A DNA stretch of 64,000 nucleotides. It comes from Patescibacteria group bacterium. Lineage in GTDB: Bacteria > Patescibacteriota > Minisyncoccia > Phycocordibacterales > Zambryskibacteraceae. The DNA is taken from contig SCSN01000005.1 in the NCBI GenBank assembly GCA_004322205.1, forward strand, positions 6,642-70,641, written 5' to 3'. The position numbers were made by a program, and so were the translations under genes. The notes beneath the pieces are model-generated. The model did not search any database. It was given only the letters and a program-made list of their open reading frames with translations, and was not told the DNA's origin. Positions 30,658-41,099 of this stretch are shown here, piece after piece; the first letter of the stretch is position 1; each line of letters opens with the position of its first letter.

Positions 30658-32046
30658 TCATATTCCCTCCCTCGATAACAAAATCTTTATTGTCCTTAAA
30701 GCAACTTTCAAGTCCAAGGTCAGAGAGCGGTTCTTGATGTAGTAGAGATCGTAAGAAAGTTTATTTTTGGTTTGGCTGACATTAGTTGCGTGATGGGCAT
30801 GCTCGCCATAGAGTTGAGCCCAGCCGGAAAGACCGGGTTTAATGAGATGCCGAACATTGTAATAAGGAATCTCTTTTTCGTAGTGCTTGACGAGTGACGG
30901 AATCTCCGGACGCGGACCGATCATGGAAAGGTTGCCCTTAAGTACATTCCAGACTTGAGGCAGTTCGTCTATACGAGTTCTTCGCAAAAACTTTCCAACT
31001 TTAGTCGGCTGCGGCGATTTGGCAATGCCTTCTGGGTCATTGTGCGACTTCAGACTTCTAAACTTCACAACTTTAAAAATTTTATTATTCTGCCCAACTC
31101 TCTCCTGCCAAAAAAGAATTGGACCGCCGTCATCCAGCTTAATGGCAATCACTACCAATGGATATAGCAGCAAAGAAATTATCCCTAGAATAAGAGCGAG
31201 CATAATGTCCATAGCGCGTTTCAAAATATCGTAGCTCTTCTGCGCTGCGCCTGAAATATTTTCGAGAAACCAGCTGTATTTCACAAGTGAGAGAGGAACC
31301 CGATCAAAAATGTCCTCGTAGATTTTGTGCATGTCAATAAAACGCACCTGCGAAAAGATGAGATTGTAGAGCGACGGCAGAAGCGGCTCAACCTTCTCGC
31401 TTCGGAAATCAGCCGCAATAATATGCACATTTTCAGCGTATATTCGTTTGAGAATCTCCTCTTGAAAGTCAAAACCACCAATTTCGTCTAGCTCCAGAGA
31501 AGAAATAAAGTAGAGGTTGTAGCGCGTATTGTTGTTAACTTCTTCTTCGAGCTCTTTCATCTCTTCTCCAGTGCCGATGAGAATAGCATTTTGCTTCTCG
31601 GTTACTTCCAACGACGGAAAAAGATAAACTCGCCAGGCGAAAAGCAGCAAAAAAGAGAAAACAAGATAGATAAACAGATTGGTCTTAGGGGTAATGCCGA
31701 AATACGGAATTAGATAAAAGAAGAGAACGGCAATGAAACTATTGACAAGTTGAGTGTTGAGAATAAGACTCCCGATTCTTCCCTTGAGAAGCGAAGTGTG
31801 TTTTTCATAAAGGCCGGCAATAAAAAAAACGCCAATCCAGACTGCAAACAGAAAGGTGAAAGGAAGGAGGTGGGCTTGAAGTTTTGCTTCATCCGGGATA
31901 TTCCAGTAGCGAGCCGCTAGCATCGCCCAAAGCGAAAAATACAAGACGATAACATCGCCCAGAAGAAGCAGGAGCGGCTCACGTCTATGAGAAAACGTCA
32001 TAGGGTTTCGTGCAGGTAATACTATACGAAAGTTGGCTCTTTGCAA
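30658..32046 (-). CDS. Polyprenyl-phosphate glycosyl-1-phosphate transferase (bacterial sugar transferase, WbaP/WcaJ-like initiating enzyme)
   Basis: 462 aa with N-terminal TM helices and the C-terminal 'bacterial sugar transferase' domain KRAMDIMLALILGIISLLLYPLVVIAIKLDDGGPILFWQERVGQN...KFRSL. Confidence 0.8.
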   Translation of the reverse strand: MQRANFRIVLPARNPMTFSHRREPLLLLLGDVIVLYFSLWAMLAARYWNIPDEAKLQAHLLPFTFLFAVWIGVFFIAGLYEKHTSLLKGRIGSLILNTQLVNSFIAVLFFYLIPYFGITPKTNLFIYLVFSFLLLFAWRVYLFPSLEVTEKQNAILIGTGEEMKELEEEVNNNTRYNLYFISSLELDEIGGFDFQEEILKRIYAENVHIIAADFRSEKVEPLLPSLYNLIFSQVRFIDMHKIYEDIFDRVPLSLVKYSWFLENISGAAQKSYDILKRAMDIMLALILGIISLLLYPLVVIAIKLDDGGPILFWQERVGQNNKIFKVVKFRSLKSHNDPEGIAKSPQPTKVGKFLRRTRIDELPQVWNVLKGNLSMIGPRPEIPSLVKHYEKEIPYYNVRHLIKPGLSGWAQLYGEHAHHATNVSQTKNKLSYDLYYIKNRSLTLDLKVALRTIKILLSREGI

Positions 32047-32127
32047 CTCGCTTTTCTGCCTTTTTTCTGCCTTGTTGTGCTCATCCGAAACGCGCTAAAA
32101 TCAAAATATAGATAAAAAGCTTGCACC

Positions 32128-32574
32128 TTGAGGCAAGCATCTTCTAAAACAAATATGACTTGGATCCTTTTCGCCCTCCTCTCTGCCCTTTTTGCGGCGC
32201 TGGTCGCCATCTTCGGAAAAATTGGGCTTAAAAATATTGACAGCACTCTGGCAACAACTATTCGCTCCGTTGTGATGGCTGGTTTTCTCATCATTATCTC
32301 CCTCCTTCTCCAAAAGCAGAAAGGTCTCGCCTCACTTGACGAGCGAACGCTCCTCTTCATTGTTCTCTCCGGTATTGCCGGGGCGCTCTCCTGGCTCGCC
32401 TATTTCTTCGCTCTGAAGTATGGAACGGCAATAGGTGTAGCGGCTCTCGACCGATTGAGTGTTGTTTTTGTTGTAATCCTTGCCGCACTTTTTTTGAGCG
32501 AGAGCCTCACTTGGAAAACAGGTCTCGCCTCGCTTTTTGTCGCCCTCGGCGCTATACTCATGGTTCTAAAATAG
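32128..32574 (+). CDS. EamA/DMT-superfamily small membrane transporter (single EamA domain; ArnE/F-like flippase-subunit candidate)
   Basis: About 140 aa with 4 TM helices, FGKIGLKNIDSTLATTIRSVVMAGFL. The start is probably at MTWILF (32158). Confidence 0.55.
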   Translation: MRQASSKTNMTWILFALLSALFAALVAIFGKIGLKNIDSTLATTIRSVVMAGFLIIISLLLQKQKGLASLDERTLLFIVLSGIAGALSWLAYFFALKYGTAIGVAALDRLSVVFVVILAALFLSESLTWKTGLASLFVALGAILMVLK

Positions 32575-32619
32575 CCAGCTAGCTATTAGCTGATTAGCTT
32601 TTTAGACAAGTAAATAGAT

Positions 32620-33771
32620 ATGGCCAGAAGAAAAATTCTATATATGATCACAAAGGGCAACTTCGGCGGAGCGCAACGATATGTTTTTGATTTGGCGACT
32701 CACCTCCCCAAAGACCGATTCGATGTGACAGTAGCCTGCGGTGAAGGGCAGACGCTTAAAGAAAAATTGCGAGAAGCTCATGTCCGAGTAATTGAAATTC
32801 CTTCACTTCAGCGAGATGTAAATATTTGGAAGGACATTTCCTCCTTTTTCGAAATTACCTCTATTATCAGGAGAGAAAGACCGGATGTTCTGCATCTGAA
32901 CAGCTCAAAAATGGGCGGCCTCGGCGCTCTAGTAGGAAGATTGCTGGGGATCCCCAAAATTATTTTCACCGGCCACGGCTGGGCATTTAACGAAGAGAGG
33001 AACATTTTTTCAAAAGCAGTAATTGCCTCACTTCACTGGCTGACCATTCTTCTCTGTCACATCACCATTGCAGTTTCAAGACGCGTTGAAGATCAAATTA
33101 CGCGTTTTCCTTTTGTTAGAGATGGGGTGGTACAAATCTACAACGGCATCGACACCATCAAATTCGCAGGCACAGAGGAAGCAAGAAAGAAATTGGCTCC
33201 GCGGATTTCCAAAAATTTCTGGATCGGAACTATTTCAGAACTTCACAAAAACAAAGGATTGGATTTTCTGATTGAAGCGTTTGTGCGCCTTGCACCAAAT
33301 TACCCAAACGCCGTATGTGTAGTTGTCGGTGAAGGAGAAGAGCGAAGGCGCCTTGAGAAACTTATTGAAAAACATCACCTCTCAAACAGAGTTTTTCTTC
33401 TCGGTTCTGTGGCGGACGCCGCTCAGTATCTCAAGGCTTTTGATATCTTCACTCTGACCTCTCGTACCGAAGCCTTCCCCTACGCACCCATGGAAGCCGG
33501 CCTCGCAGAACTCCCCGTTGTCGCAAGCTGGGCAGGAGGAATTCCTGAAATCATAACGAACGGCGAATCAGGGGTTCTTGTTGACCCGACGGATACCGAA
33601 ATGCTCTCAAGAGCCTTTCAAGAACTTATTCAAAATGAGAAAGCAAGAAATGAACTTGGCAAAAACCTCAAGGAAAAAATAGAAAGAGAATTTTCTCTTT
33701 CAAAAATACTCGAGAAAACAATTCGTTTATACGAAAATAATTTCCACCCCACTCATCAAAAAATGGCTTAA
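32620..33771 (+). CDS. Glycosyltransferase family 4
   Basis: 383 aa. The N-terminal GT-B fold starts MARRKILYMITKGNFGGAQRYVFDLA. The C-terminal half has a PMEAGLAELPVVASWAGGIPE motif. Confidence 0.8.
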   Translation: MARRKILYMITKGNFGGAQRYVFDLATHLPKDRFDVTVACGEGQTLKEKLREAHVRVIEIPSLQRDVNIWKDISSFFEITSIIRRERPDVLHLNSSKMGGLGALVGRLLGIPKIIFTGHGWAFNEERNIFSKAVIASLHWLTILLCHITIAVSRRVEDQITRFPFVRDGVVQIYNGIDTIKFAGTEEARKKLAPRISKNFWIGTISELHKNKGLDFLIEAFVRLAPNYPNAVCVVVGEGEERRRLEKLIEKHHLSNRVFLLGSVADAAQYLKAFDIFTLTSRTEAFPYAPMEAGLAELPVVASWAGGIPEIITNGESGVLVDPTDTEMLSRAFQELIQNEKARNELGKNLKEKIEREFSLSKILEKTIRLYENNFHPTHQKMA

Positions 33772-33828
33772 ATAAGCCACTTTTTGGTAATCGCCATTCG
33801 TAATTCGATATTCGTTATTCGCTGACAA

Positions 33829-34995
33829 CTATTGAATTCCCGGTATTTCGCTTTCTCTAACGTCGTCGCGGTGTGTGGCGCGGCTGTACACCCGCTGTCC
33901 CATAAGAATCCCTAGCCCCAAGAATTCAGTTACCAAGTGACTGCCCCCGTAGCTCATAAACGGAATGGTAACACCGGTTATGGGTAGTAAACCAATGTTC
34001 ATTCCTACGTGAACAATAATGTGCGCCATGAAGAAAATGGCAAGACCTAAGCCGAAAAACATTTCAAAGTTGCCGGCGCCAAGCATCGCCGCCCGGAGAA
34101 TCCTCCAAATTATCACGCCGTAGAGTGAGAGGAGGAGAAGCGAACCGACAAACCCCCACTCCTCCGCAAAAGCCGCGAAAATAAAATCGGTTTCATACTC
34201 GGGGAGAAATCGGAGTTTCGATTGGGTGCCATACCCCACACCCTTGCCAAAAAGTTCTCCCGACCCAACAGCAATAGTGGACTGACGGGCGTTATAGCCC
34301 GTCCCGCGCACGTCAGCTAGCGGATCTAGGAAAGTGATAATCCGTTGTTTCTGATAAGGCGCCAGTGCGAAAGACCACAAGAGCATTGAAGCAACTGCAA
34401 CAGAGGCGATAACCGCAAGGAGGTGCTTCTTAGATATTCCCGAAACCAGAACCATCCCAAACCAGATGAGAAAAATAATAATGGCTGACCCGAAATCAGG
34501 TTGAAGGAGAACTAAAAGAAAAAAGATTAGAGCATACGTCCCCGAAACAAGAATGTGCCGGATGTGAGCGATCTCGACATGCCGACGGCTGAAATACTTG
34601 GACAGTAGAAGCACTAAAGTGAGCTTCGCCGGGTCAGACGGCTGGAATGAAAAACCACCCAAATCAAACCAGCTGCGAGCCCCCTGAAAAACAGAGCCGG
34701 CGGCAAAGAGAAAAAGAAGAAACAGCGCCGAAACCACAAAAAGAACAACAATTACTCCAGTGCGCCGTAAAAATCTCCAGTCAACGAGGCTCGCAGCAAA
34801 AAAGACGACGAGGGAAAGCGAGAGCCAAACGCTCTGCCGCTCGAAAAAATAGCTCTCCCCCACAAACGAATTCATAGTCGCGAGCCCGGCGAGAGCAACA
34901 AGAAGAACTGGGGCAAGAAGCACCCAGTCGACGCGAAGAATAGAGATCTTCTTTGAGACAAGAATCTCTCGAACGCCGGCAAAAAGTTCGGTCAC
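33829..34995 (-). CDS. SEDS-family peptidoglycan glycosyltransferase (FtsW/RodA)
   Basis: 388 aa with about 10 TM helices and the conserved C-terminal ...PFMSYGGSHLVTEFLGLGIL block. Confidence 0.8.
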   Translation of the reverse strand: MTELFAGVREILVSKKISILRVDWVLLAPVLLVALAGLATMNSFVGESYFFERQSVWLSLSLVVFFAASLVDWRFLRRTGVIVVLFVVSALFLLFLFAAGSVFQGARSWFDLGGFSFQPSDPAKLTLVLLLSKYFSRRHVEIAHIRHILVSGTYALIFFLLVLLQPDFGSAIIIFLIWFGMVLVSGISKKHLLAVIASVAVASMLLWSFALAPYQKQRIITFLDPLADVRGTGYNARQSTIAVGSGELFGKGVGYGTQSKLRFLPEYETDFIFAAFAEEWGFVGSLLLLSLYGVIIWRILRAAMLGAGNFEMFFGLGLAIFFMAHIIVHVGMNIGLLPITGVTIPFMSYGGSHLVTEFLGLGILMGQRVYSRATHRDDVRESEIPGIQ

Positions 34996-35001
34996 GATAA
35001 T

Positions 35002-36372
35002 TTAGCGAGGATAGATGCGAGGGATAATTTCAATCACTGCCGCGCGGGTGGTGCAGATTTTCTCTGCGATTTTCTTATAAACTCCCCGCAGCTCCTTTGC
35101 CGTTGGAGTAAGGAAGAACTCCTCCGAACTCGAGGCAATCGACCGCAAGAATGATTCATTTACATTTTTCCCAAGGCCGATAGTAAAGAGAGCAATCCGA
35201 CTCTGTCTCATGTCGTTGGCAACCTGCTGCGCGTATGTCTCCGGGTAGCCGGGATCACCGCCCTTCTCCGGACGTGTGGCCACCCCGTCAGTGAGAAGAA
35301 TTGCTACCTGCGAGGCAGCGGAAGCGTGCCGAGATGAAACAAGCTCTTCCTTGGCTTTGAGCAAACCGTCAGCGATGTTTGTGTGCTGAATGTCGGTCTC
35401 CCGAATCGCAATCCTCTCGATTGCCCGTTTGACCGCCTCGAAGTTTCTGCCTAAGACACTTTCTATAGGACTCGCCGCCTCTGTCGCAAATGAAACGACC
35501 GCTGCTTGATCCTTCTCATGCAGAAGATTCACAAAATAGACAGCGGCGTTCTTCACGTCAGTAAGCGGTTGGGGAGGGTTTGCACCTAAATCGTCCATGC
35601 TGCCGGAGCGGTCGAGCACCAGAGTAACGTCAACGGGCGCGGCGCAGACCTCGGCACGAGTCGGGAAAGGTTGGGGCCAGGTAAACACCACCTCGGCTTC
35701 CCCTCCTTTATCCAGATATTCAAGAAAAGTGCGCGAGGAGGCGATGGCATTGCCGTCGCTGTCAAAGATAAGAGCAGTAAGTTCAAGGTCCCTGATCGGC
35801 TCAAGAGATTTGTTTTCAACCGTTGCCTCGACGCGTGGGGTGGTCTCTTCACGCATGAGCGCCTTATTAGTAATGGAGATCTCCGGCCCGGAGACGGTCG
35901 TTCTGCTCCAAACAAGCTCTCCCCACTCAAATGTCGCCTTGGCGGGTATGCGCTCTTCCAGGGAAAAATTTCCGTCAAAAACCGCGAAAGTTTTGCCCCT
36001 GGGAATAAAAGTCGAGCCGCGACGCTCAAGAATAAGGAGTCCCTCTTTGTCATAGATCCGAAAGATATAAGGAGCAGAGCGAACTCCCGCAGACACATTG
36101 GGGTTCTCAACGTAAGCGAGTAAACTGTAAACGCCAAGTGAGACACGGAAAATCCGCGGATCCCACTTGAGAATGGGATCGAGGGCCTCCGCCCGGCAGA
36201 GCAGCCGACAGGAGCCGCCGCAATCAACGCCAGTTTCGTCACTGTTCTTTTTCCCGTCAAAACAAGTGGGTGGTTTGTAGATAAAAATAAAAAACGGCAA
36301 CACCACAAAGAGAAGAATGGCGGCAACCAGAATGCCGAAATACTCAAGTTTACGCTTGGTAGACCAATCCAT
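35002..36372 (-). CDS. von Willebrand factor type A (vWA) domain protein with N-terminal signal-anchor
   Basis: 456 aa. MIDAS motif VDVTLVLDRSGSMDD with downstream T and D residues. N-terminal TM helix. Confidence 0.7.
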   Translation of the reverse strand: MDWSTKRKLEYFGILVAAILLFVVLPFFIFIYKPPTCFDGKKNSDETGVDCGGSCRLLCRAEALDPILKWDPRIFRVSLGVYSLLAYVENPNVSAGVRSAPYIFRIYDKEGLLILERRGSTFIPRGKTFAVFDGNFSLEERIPAKATFEWGELVWSRTTVSGPEISITNKALMREETTPRVEATVENKSLEPIRDLELTALIFDSDGNAIASSRTFLEYLDKGGEAEVVFTWPQPFPTRAEVCAAPVDVTLVLDRSGSMDDLGANPPQPLTDVKNAAVYFVNLLHEKDQAAVVSFATEAASPIESVLGRNFEAVKRAIERIAIRETDIQHTNIADGLLKAKEELVSSRHASAASQVAILLTDGVATRPEKGGDPGYPETYAQQVANDMRQSRIALFTIGLGKNVNESFLRSIASSSEEFFLTPTAKELRGVYKKIAEKICTTRAAVIEIIPRIYPR

Positions 36373-36443
36373 GCAAGAATTCTAGCAGAATCCATGCAAA
36401 CAAAAAGCCCCGTGTACAAGCAGGCTTTCTGCTGTAGACAGGG

Positions 36444-36671
36444 CTAGGTGGTGATCCCCAACTTCCTGGCAATCTTATCCCTTCTGACGGAAAGAGATCT
36501 GATTACCTCGATGTTGTCGCGGATACCATCCACCAGGGAAGCGGCGCCGCCCACGCGGTAAGGATCATTAAGATCCTTACGCATGTCTCGATTTTCGAGC
36601 AGACACTGCTCGATCGTGCACTGCAGAGCTCGGTATTCTTCCTCCAGCCTTTCCTGACGATGCCGCTTCAT
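36444..36671 (-). CDS. Hypothetical small protein; the annotated longer start at 36752 lies inside a predicted promoter
   Basis: ORF only (MKRHRQERLEEEYRALQ...). No motif. Confidence 0.25.
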   Translation of the reverse strand: MKRHRQERLEEEYRALQCTIEQCLLENRDMRKDLNDPYRVGGAASLVDGIRDNIEVIRSLSVRRDKIARKLGITT

Positions 36672-36738
36672 CCCACGAGAGGTTCTGAGCAACTTACCCC
36701 CCTGGCCTTTGGCCGGAACAGGTTTGTTTTCTATTGCT

Positions 36739-36768
36739 ATTATAGCATACAAGATGCTAAGGCGTCAA
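36739..36768 (-). promoter_or_regulatory. Near-consensus sigma70-type promoter on the minus strand
   Basis: TTGACG (36768-36763), 18-nt spacer, TATAAT (36744-36739). Lies immediately downstream of the rRNA terminator. Confidence 0.4.
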
Positions 36769-36784
36769 GTATATTTTGACACAG

Positions 36785-36812
36785 AAAAAACCCTTAAAAT
36801 AAGGGTTTTTTC
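36785..36812 (-). terminator. Bidirectional rho-independent terminator ending the 23S-5S transcript
   Basis: AAAAAACCCTTAAAATAAGGGTTTTTTCTG: an 8-bp stem flanked by A and T tracts. Confidence 0.55.
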
Positions 36813-36825
36813 TGATTGAACACTT

Positions 36826-36965
36826 GGTTCTGGCGGCTAGCTATTTCCCCCGCGAGGAGTATCACCCGCCCGACTGAATGATTTCAGTCATTCGGACAGG
36901 TCGCCACGGGCTTTCAGCCCGAGGCTGATCCGCCTAGGGTGGAAACTTCCGTGTCCTCGTAGGAG
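36826..36965 (-). ncRNA. Divergent 5S-rRNA-like paralog carrying an internal insertion of about 60 nt (second, possibly degenerate 5S copy)
   Basis: Shares ACACGGAAGTT..., GGTGATACTC..CGC..GGGGAAA.TAGCTAGCCGCCAG with the adjacent 5S. The middle is replaced by CCTAGGCGGATCAGCCTCGGGCTGAAAGCCCGTGGCGACCTGTCCGAATGACTGAAATCATTCAGTCGG. Confidence 0.4.
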
Positions 36966-36988
36966 AAATTTGAAAAGTTAAGTACTTT

Positions 36989-37098
36989 GTGCTGGCGGCT
37001 AGCTACTTTCCCCTTGCGAGTATCATCGCCACTACCGGGCTTAACTTCCGTGTTCGGAATGAGAACGGGTGTGACCCCGGCGTTAAGCCACCAACACA
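36989..37098 (-). rRNA. rrf: 5S rRNA
   Basis: Minus-strand GTGTTGGTGGCTTAACGCCGGGGTCACACCCGTTCTCATTCCGAACACGGAAGTTAAGCCCGGTAGTGGCGATGATACTCGCAAGGGGAAAGTAGCTAGCCGCCAGCAC aligns with bacterial 5S (CCGAACACGGAAGTTAAGC core). Confidence 0.8.
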
Positions 37099-37216
37099 AA
37101 GAACTCAACACCGCACTCTTAACCCAAACTGAAAAAGAAATTCAATCAAATGCTTTGAAGTGAGTGCGATTCGCGTCCGAATCGCACTGTGGAAAGAACA
37201 ACGTGAGACTTCGGCA

Positions 37217-37357
37217 TGGCCGTGGCAGGATTTGAACCTGCGACCCCTCCATGCACTGGAGCGCTCTGCCCTGACCTTCGAGTCCGTGCCAGAACTGCAG
37301 GTATTGCGTATTGCACGGAAAGCTCATGACTACGGTCAGTTTCTGAGCTACACGGCC
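37217..37357 (-). tRNA. Oversized (141-nt) tRNA-like element between 23S and 5S; canonical acceptor stem, D-stem and T-arm but about 65 extra nt
   Basis: GGCCGTG-TA-GCTC-AG...[long insert]...GAGC-G-CTCC-AGTGCAT-GGAG-GGGTC-GCAGG-TTCAAAT-CCTGC-CACGGCC-A. The 7-bp acceptor pairs perfectly and the T-loop is TTCAAAT. One fold places the anticodon loop as AGUGCAU (UGC, Ala) with a non-canonical G33. The extra sequence sits in the D-loop region. Confidence 0.45.
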
Positions 37358-37919
37358 AAACACAGATAACCCACTTCAAAGCATTTGATATCCTGCACAC
37401 TTGACCCCGTAGTAGTCCCGCTTTGCGGGATCACTACGGGTTGATTTCATGAAACAGGGTGAAGTTTATGTCTAGCACATTGGTTCGCACATTTCCCCAT
37501 AAGAATCGACGCGTTAGTACGCCTCGGCTCAACCCATTACTGGGCTTACACCTGGCGCCTATCAACGTGGTCATCTCCCACGGGTCTCAACGATTCCTAA
37601 TCTTGGGGCTGGCTTCCCTCTTAGATGCTTTCAGAGGTTATCCAAACCGAACTTAGCTACTCTGCGGTGCCCTTGGCAGGAACAGCAGATACACCAGAGG
37701 TTCGTTCTCTTCGGTCCTCTCGTACTAGAAGAGACCCCCCTCAAGAATCAACGCCTGCAGTAGATAGGAGACCAACCTGTCTCACGACGGTCTGAACCCA
37801 GCTCACGTAACTTTTTAATTGGCGAACAGCCAAACCCTTGGGAGCTTCTTCACCCCCAGGATAAGTTGAGCCGACATCGAGGTGCCGAACTCCGCCGTCG
37901 CTGTGGACGCTTGGGCGGA

Positions 37920-37953
<34 letters not shown>

Positions 37954-38438
37954 ATAATCTCCGGCCGCCTCTAACGCGGACCGTCGGTTCACTTGGCTCT
38001 GCTTTCGCATCTGCTCGGCACGTACGCCTCACAGTTAAGCCGGCTTGTGCCCATACACTATCGGCACGGTTTCCATTCGCGCCTAGCCGACCTTAATAGA
38101 CTCCTCCGTTACTCTTTAGGAGGATAGCGCCCCACTAAAACTGCCCACCAGATACTGTCTCTCGCCGTTTTTGCCGGCGAGGTTCAGAGCGCACATTTCA
38201 CAAGAATGGTATTTCACTGACGACTCCGGGTCGCCCGAGAGCGACCTTTCAAAGTCTCCCATCTATGCTACGCATGCAAAACATACACTCAATATCAAGT
38301 TGCAGTAAAGCTCCCGGGGTCTTTTCGTCTAACTGCAGGTAACCGGCATCTTCACCGGTATTGTATTTTCACCGAGCGGATCCCCGAGACAGTTCTCCAG
38401 TCATTACGCCATTCGTGCGCGTCGGAACTTCATGTTCC

Positions 38439-39183
<745 letters not shown>

Positions 39184-39901
39184 CATGCTTTCAGCTCCTC
39201 ATGGTTGCCCATGAGATTGGACTATGTCTTCACCATTTTCTGGTGTCTTGCGTATAGTCTCTGAGGATTCTTCCTTGTACACATCTGATAAAGAGTATGT
39301 ACGTTTTCTACCTCGATCATCGTTGAGCTTTTCACGAAGCTGTAGAATTTCCTTTCTTCCAATGTGATTTAAGTGGTCACCTCGGTACATTTTTTCTACA
39401 ATTTCCTTGAAGATCGAGAAGTTTTTTTTCTTTCGAGCGGAAAGAAAACCAAACCGCTGAAAAAATGGAACGATAATCTCTTGAAGTGATTTTATATTTG
39501 TCACTTCATAATAGATCACCCCATCTTTCCTCTCTCTAAGGGTTCCGCATCCGAGCGTATCTTTTATTTTCGCCAGGATTACACGATCTCTTTGAGATAT
39601 ATTGAACGAAGCGCAAAGTTTCCATTCATCTCGATAATCAAGCCTATGCTTGATTGAGACATTGAAGCTTCCTTCGCCATCAGTGAAGCCCGCAATGTAA
39701 TTGCCAAGAGCTACACCTATATTTTGTATTCCTTTGCTCATAATTTTAAGCAAGGAAGTTTCCTGCTAGTTGTCTGCAATACAGCGTTGTTACTGTGCTT
39801 CGACAGCGCGAGTAGTTGTATTTCTTCACCGCTTCAATTCTAGCGGACAGAGTTTCTAGCATACAGCAAGATTTTTTAACGTAACTACAACGGTCATTCT
39901 C
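39184..39901 (-). mobile_element. Group-I-type intron in 23S after CCGTAACTATA (about E. coli position 1917) carrying a LAGLIDADG homing endonuclease
   Basis: The conserved block CCGTAACTATAACGGTCCTAAGG is split by about 716 nt. The ORF lies inside. Confidence 0.7.
39199..39753 (-). CDS. LAGLIDADG-family homing endonuclease (intact motif)
   Basis: 184 aa. IAGFTDGEGSFNVSIKH LAGLIDADG motif. Homologous to the ORF at 38471-38896. Confidence 0.8.
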   Translation of the reverse strand: MLKIMSKGIQNIGVALGNYIAGFTDGEGSFNVSIKHRLDYRDEWKLCASFNISQRDRVILAKIKDTLGCGTLRERKDGVIYYEVTNIKSLQEIIVPFFQRFGFLSARKKKNFSIFKEIVEKMYRGDHLNHIGRKEILQLREKLNDDRGRKRTYSLSDVYKEESSETIRKTPENGEDIVQSHGQP

Positions 39902-40216
39902 TATAGTTACGGCCGACATTCACCAGGGCTTACAACGGTCAGCCCGCAATCTTGCGATCGCGAACCGCCATCGTTTGACCTTCTGGCATTGGTCAGGCGT
40001 CACCCCCTATACATCCTCTTGCGAGTTCGCAGGGAGCTGTGTTTTTGATAAACAGTTGCCAGAGATACTTTTGTTGCAGCCTCCCACACTCAACCCTCTT
40101 TCAAAAAGAGGGGGCGGTGGAGAAACCAGAGAATGGGCCGCGGCCCAGCATTGTTTCGCTGGTAGCCGATTAACGTGCTTCCCAGTTCACGACTGAATCC
40201 AACATCACATATTTCG

Positions 40217-40248
40217 CATGCGCATGCGAAATATGTGAGAGATCTTCA
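40217..40248. repeat. 32-nt perfect palindrome inside the 23S (another expansion-type insertion)
   Basis: CACATATTTCGCATGCGCATGCGAAATATGTG. Confidence 0.4.
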
Positions 40249-40884
40249 TCAGAATTCATTTCCTGTTTTTTCTCTGGCTCCTCCACTCTTGTGTACATTC
40301 ACTTCCCTAACAAAAGGGCTGAATGTGGGAGGCAAGCCTTATTCCGAGGTTACGGCTGCTTTTTTGCCGAGTTCCTTGGGGATTTCTCACTCGTTCGCCT
40401 TACTCTACTCGAGCAGACCACCTGTGTCGGTTTGCGGTACGGGCTTAATACGTTTAACCTTAGAAGTTTTTCTCGGAAGGCGGCTTGCGCAAATCGACTG
40501 GTCCGAAGACCAACCTTCTTCCCAACTCCTCCGGGCAATACTCTCCGGATTTTCCTAGAGAGCACCCTCGAGCCAGGAACGATAATCCAATAAATCGCTC
40601 GCGTTACTCACCTTCGTCACTCCATCGAAACGCATCAAGGTCACGGAATATTAACCGTGTGTCCATCGGCTGCGGCTTTCGCCATTGCCTTAGGCCCGAC
40701 TAACCCTTGGTTGATTGACATTGCCAAGGAAACCTTGGTCTTGCGGCGGGCCGCGTTCTCAGCGGCCTTGCGGTTACTTGTGCCAACATTCTTCCTTCGC
40801 AACGCTCCACCCCGACTTACGTCGTGGGCTTCACGGCAGATGCGAATACTCTCCTACCACGCTCGCGCGCAGCGCGAGCAAGTC

Positions 40885-40975
40885 AAAAGTTGAAAGTCTA
40901 TAAAGTCTCTAAAGCAAATTTTTTGAATTCACTTTCAGACTTTATGGACTTTATGGAACTTTAAACTTGCTTGTG
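40885..40975. repeat. Palindromic AAAGTC/GACTTTATG-repeat hairpin insertion in 23S (copy B)
   Basis: AAGTCAAAAGTTGAAAGTCTATAAAGTCTCTAAAG...CACTTTCAGACTTTATGGACTTTATGGAACTTTAAACTTGCTT. Confidence 0.55.
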
Positions 40976-41056
40976 CTACGCACAAGCATCCTCAATTTCG
41001 GTACCACGCTTAAGCCCCGATTATCTTCGGCGCAGAGTCTCTATCTGAGTGAGCTG

Positions 41057-41099
<43 letters not shown>

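Noticed and set aside
34647-36419. K/R/Q-rich 76-aa ORF and the 277-aa and 150-aa ORFs overlapping the vWA gene
   Set aside because: They are alternative frames of the RodA and vWA genes with no supporting motifs.
37146-37400. 84-aa and 73-aa minus-strand ORFs plus a 69-aa plus-strand ORF
   Set aside because: They cover the tRNA-like element and 23S-5S spacer. The sequence is clearly structured RNA.
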